DNA of 64,000 nucleotides from an uncultured Fibrobacteraceae bacterium (GTDB lineage Bacteria; Krumholzibacteriota; Krumholzibacteriia; LZORAL124-64-63): NCBI GenBank assembly GCA_964399195.1, contig CAYNPY010000006.1, positions 9,621 to 73,620 of the forward strand, read 5' to 3'. Shown piece by piece: positions 62,709 to 64,000 of this stretch (position 1 is its first letter; each line of letters starts with the position of its first letter). The notes under the pieces were generated by a model. It saw only the letters and a program-made list of their open reading frames with translations, ran no database searches and was not told where the DNA came from. The position numbers and the translations under genes were made by a program.

Positions 62709-63482
62709 TCAATCCCAGTCGTGTGTGTGGTAATGGCTGTGCTCGTGGGCGTCGTCGTGCCGGTGGCGGTGCCGGTGGACGAGGTTGGCGCGCAGCAGCA
62801 CGTCGCGGTCGCGGCCGATCGCCAGCGCGTCGCCGTCGTGGATCAGCGTGTGGTCCTCGCCCAGCACCAGGCAGCGGCTGCCCAGCTCCGTTGCCAGCGA
62901 GAGGTTGTGCGTGGCGACGACCAGCGTCTGCGGGAGCTCTTGCAGGAAATCGACCAGCCAGCCGCTGCTGCGCGGGTCCAGAGCCGCCGTCGGCTCGTCC
63001 AGCAGGAGCAGCCGCGGGTCCAGCACCAGCAGCGAGGCCAGACCCACGAGCTGGCGCTGCCCGGCGCTGAGCGTCCACGGCGCGCGTTCGAGCACGGCGC
63101 CCAGGCCCACGCGCCCGGCCCAGTCGCGGGCGCGGTCCTCCGCGTCGGCCAGGCCGTGCTGGCGCGGCCCGAAGGCGATCTCCTCGAGCACGGTGGCGTT
63201 GAAAAGCATCGCATCGGCCTGTTGGAACAGCAGGCCCACTTCGCGGCGGAAGCGGCGGCGGAATGCCGGCTCGCGCAAACCCTCCCGCACGCAGCGGCCA
63301 TCCCAGAGCACGCGGCCCGAGGCCGGCTTCAGCACGCCGGCGAGCAGTTTCAGCAGCGTCGATTTGCCGCAGCCGTTGCTGCCCAGCAGCACCACCTTCT
63401 GCCCGGCCTCGATGCGCAGGTCGACGCCGGCCAGGCTGGTGCAGCCGTCGAAGTCGTGGGTGAGCCGTTCAGTCTCGATCAA
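62709..63482 (-). CDS. ECF/CbiO-type ABC ATPase (Ni/Co uptake) with a His-rich C-terminal tail
   Basis: Walker A GSNGCGKST, signature LSAGQRQ, Walker B LLLLDEP. The tail is HRHRHRHDDAHEHSHYHTHDWD. Confidence 0.85.
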   Translation of the reverse strand: MIETERLTHDFDGCTSLAGVDLRIEAGQKVVLLGSNGCGKSTLLKLLAGVLKPASGRVLWDGRCVREGLREPAFRRRFRREVGLLFQQADAMLFNATVLEEIAFGPRQHGLADAEDRARDWAGRVGLGAVLERAPWTLSAGQRQLVGLASLLVLDPRLLLLDEPTAALDPRSSGWLVDFLQELPQTLVVATHNLSLATELGSRCLVLGEDHTLIHDGDALAIGRDRDVLLRANLVHRHRHRHDDAHEHSHYHTHDWD

Positions 63483-64000
63483 GGAAGAACCCCCGCGCCT
63501 CGAGAGCCTGCGTCAGCGTGCCGGCGTCGTGCTCGGCGCGCCGGAGGAACCAGGCCGCCGTCGCCGCGCCGTGACGAACGGCCGTGCGCGGGCCCACCCG
63601 CCGCGGCGTGCGCGCGGTCAGGGCCAGCCGGAAATCGCCGAACAGCCGGCGGAAGGCCAGCACCTGGCTGGTGGCCAGCACCAGCACGTAGCGCAAGGTG
63701 CGGCTGAAGGCCAGCGCCCGGGGCAAGGAGACGGCCGGCAGCACGCGCAGCGCCAGCGTCGCCAGCAGGAGCACCCGCAGGACGAGCCGCGCCAGGGCAG
63801 GCCAGGCGGCCGCGGAGCCGGCGCCGGCGGTCCCGCCCGGCAGGTGCGCCGGAGCCGCCGCGGCCACGAACAGCCAGCCGGCGGCGACCGCCGCCAGGTA
63901 CGGACCGGTCGTCCGCAGCACGCGCCCCGCCAACGGGCCCGCGCGCCGGCCCGCCGACGCCAGCGCCAGGACCAGCGCGCCGGCCAGCAGCGGCGCATCG
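63469..64000 (-). CDS. ECF transporter transmembrane component (CbiQ/NikQ-like), 5'-truncated by the window edge
   Basis: Hydrophobic protein ending ...ALEARGFFLDRD. The frame stays open to position 64000 (…DAPLLAGALVLALASAGRR…). It overlaps the ATPase gene by 14 nt. Confidence 0.65.
   Translation of the reverse strand, partial: DAPLLAGALVLALASAGRRAGPLAGRVLRTTGPYLAAVAAGWLFVAAAAPAHLPGGTAGAGSAAAWPALARLVLRVLLLATLALRVLPAVSLPRALAFSRTLRYVLVLATSQVLAFRRLFGDFRLALTARTPRRVGPRTAVRHGAATAAWFLRRAEHDAGTLTQALEARGFFLDRD

Noticed and set aside
1..64000. Scan for tRNA/rRNA genes, CRISPR arrays, transposases, integrases and inverted-repeat-bounded elements.
   Set aside because: I noticed no T-loop (GGTTCGAATCC-like) cloverleaf candidates, no regularly spaced direct repeats, and no transposase, integrase or phage-like ORFs. 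This was a by-eye scan only; tRNAscan-SE, Infernal and ISEScan should confirm it.

Overview
This is a 64-kb, roughly 70% GC, gene-dense stretch of a bacterial chromosome. I call about 66 CDS. By eye I found no rRNA, tRNA, CRISPR array or IS element. The host looks like a diderm, probably uncultivated: it has OM beta-barrels, lipoproteins and a FlgD-Ig/T9SS-like C-terminal domain. The phylum cannot be fixed from the sequence alone. Many genes are translationally coupled through GTGA/ATGA overlaps (17976, 25805, 27969, 43078, 56301, 59865, 60629).

Modules from left to right:
- Housekeeping and envelope genes: GGDEF fragment, UshA-like nucleotidase, isocitrate/isopropylmalate dehydrogenase family enzyme, M48 protease, CDF transporter, HU.
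- Rrf2 regulator and cysK.
- A pentaheme cytochrome c interrupted by an in-frame UGA followed by a SECIS-like hairpin.
- A porin / FMN-bind / PepSY-TM / ApbE flavinylation operon.
- An ArsR-controlled permease plus thiol-redox (ArsE/G/F-like) cluster.
- moeA, mogA-MOSC and moaC.
- arsR-acr3-arsC.
- A LysR regulator with an ExtH-like rhodanese lipoprotein and ExtI-like porin. These face a convergent operon of 12-heme, 8-heme, Rieske, split cytochrome b and 4-heme proteins, which resembles the Geobacter selenite/tellurite ext locus.
- hypABFCDE.
- A CDC-like (thiol-activated cytolysin family) lipoprotein.
- DTW tRNA-modification enzyme, Ser/Thr kinase, multicopper oxidase, hybrid histidine kinase.
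- A group 3b [NiFe]-hydrogenase operon that runs on into a protease, response regulator, histidine kinase and ACT protein.
- An ECF-type Ni/Co importer.

The strongest leads are:
- the candidate selenocysteine-containing multiheme cytochrome;
- the ExtH/ExtI plus bc-type multiheme module, which shares a selenium theme with that cytochrome;
- the CDC-like pore-former homologue;
- a HypE whose obligatory C-terminal Cys is followed by a read-through into a G/C-homopolymer palindromic spacer.

All functional calls rest on motif recognition from the translations. No database search was run.
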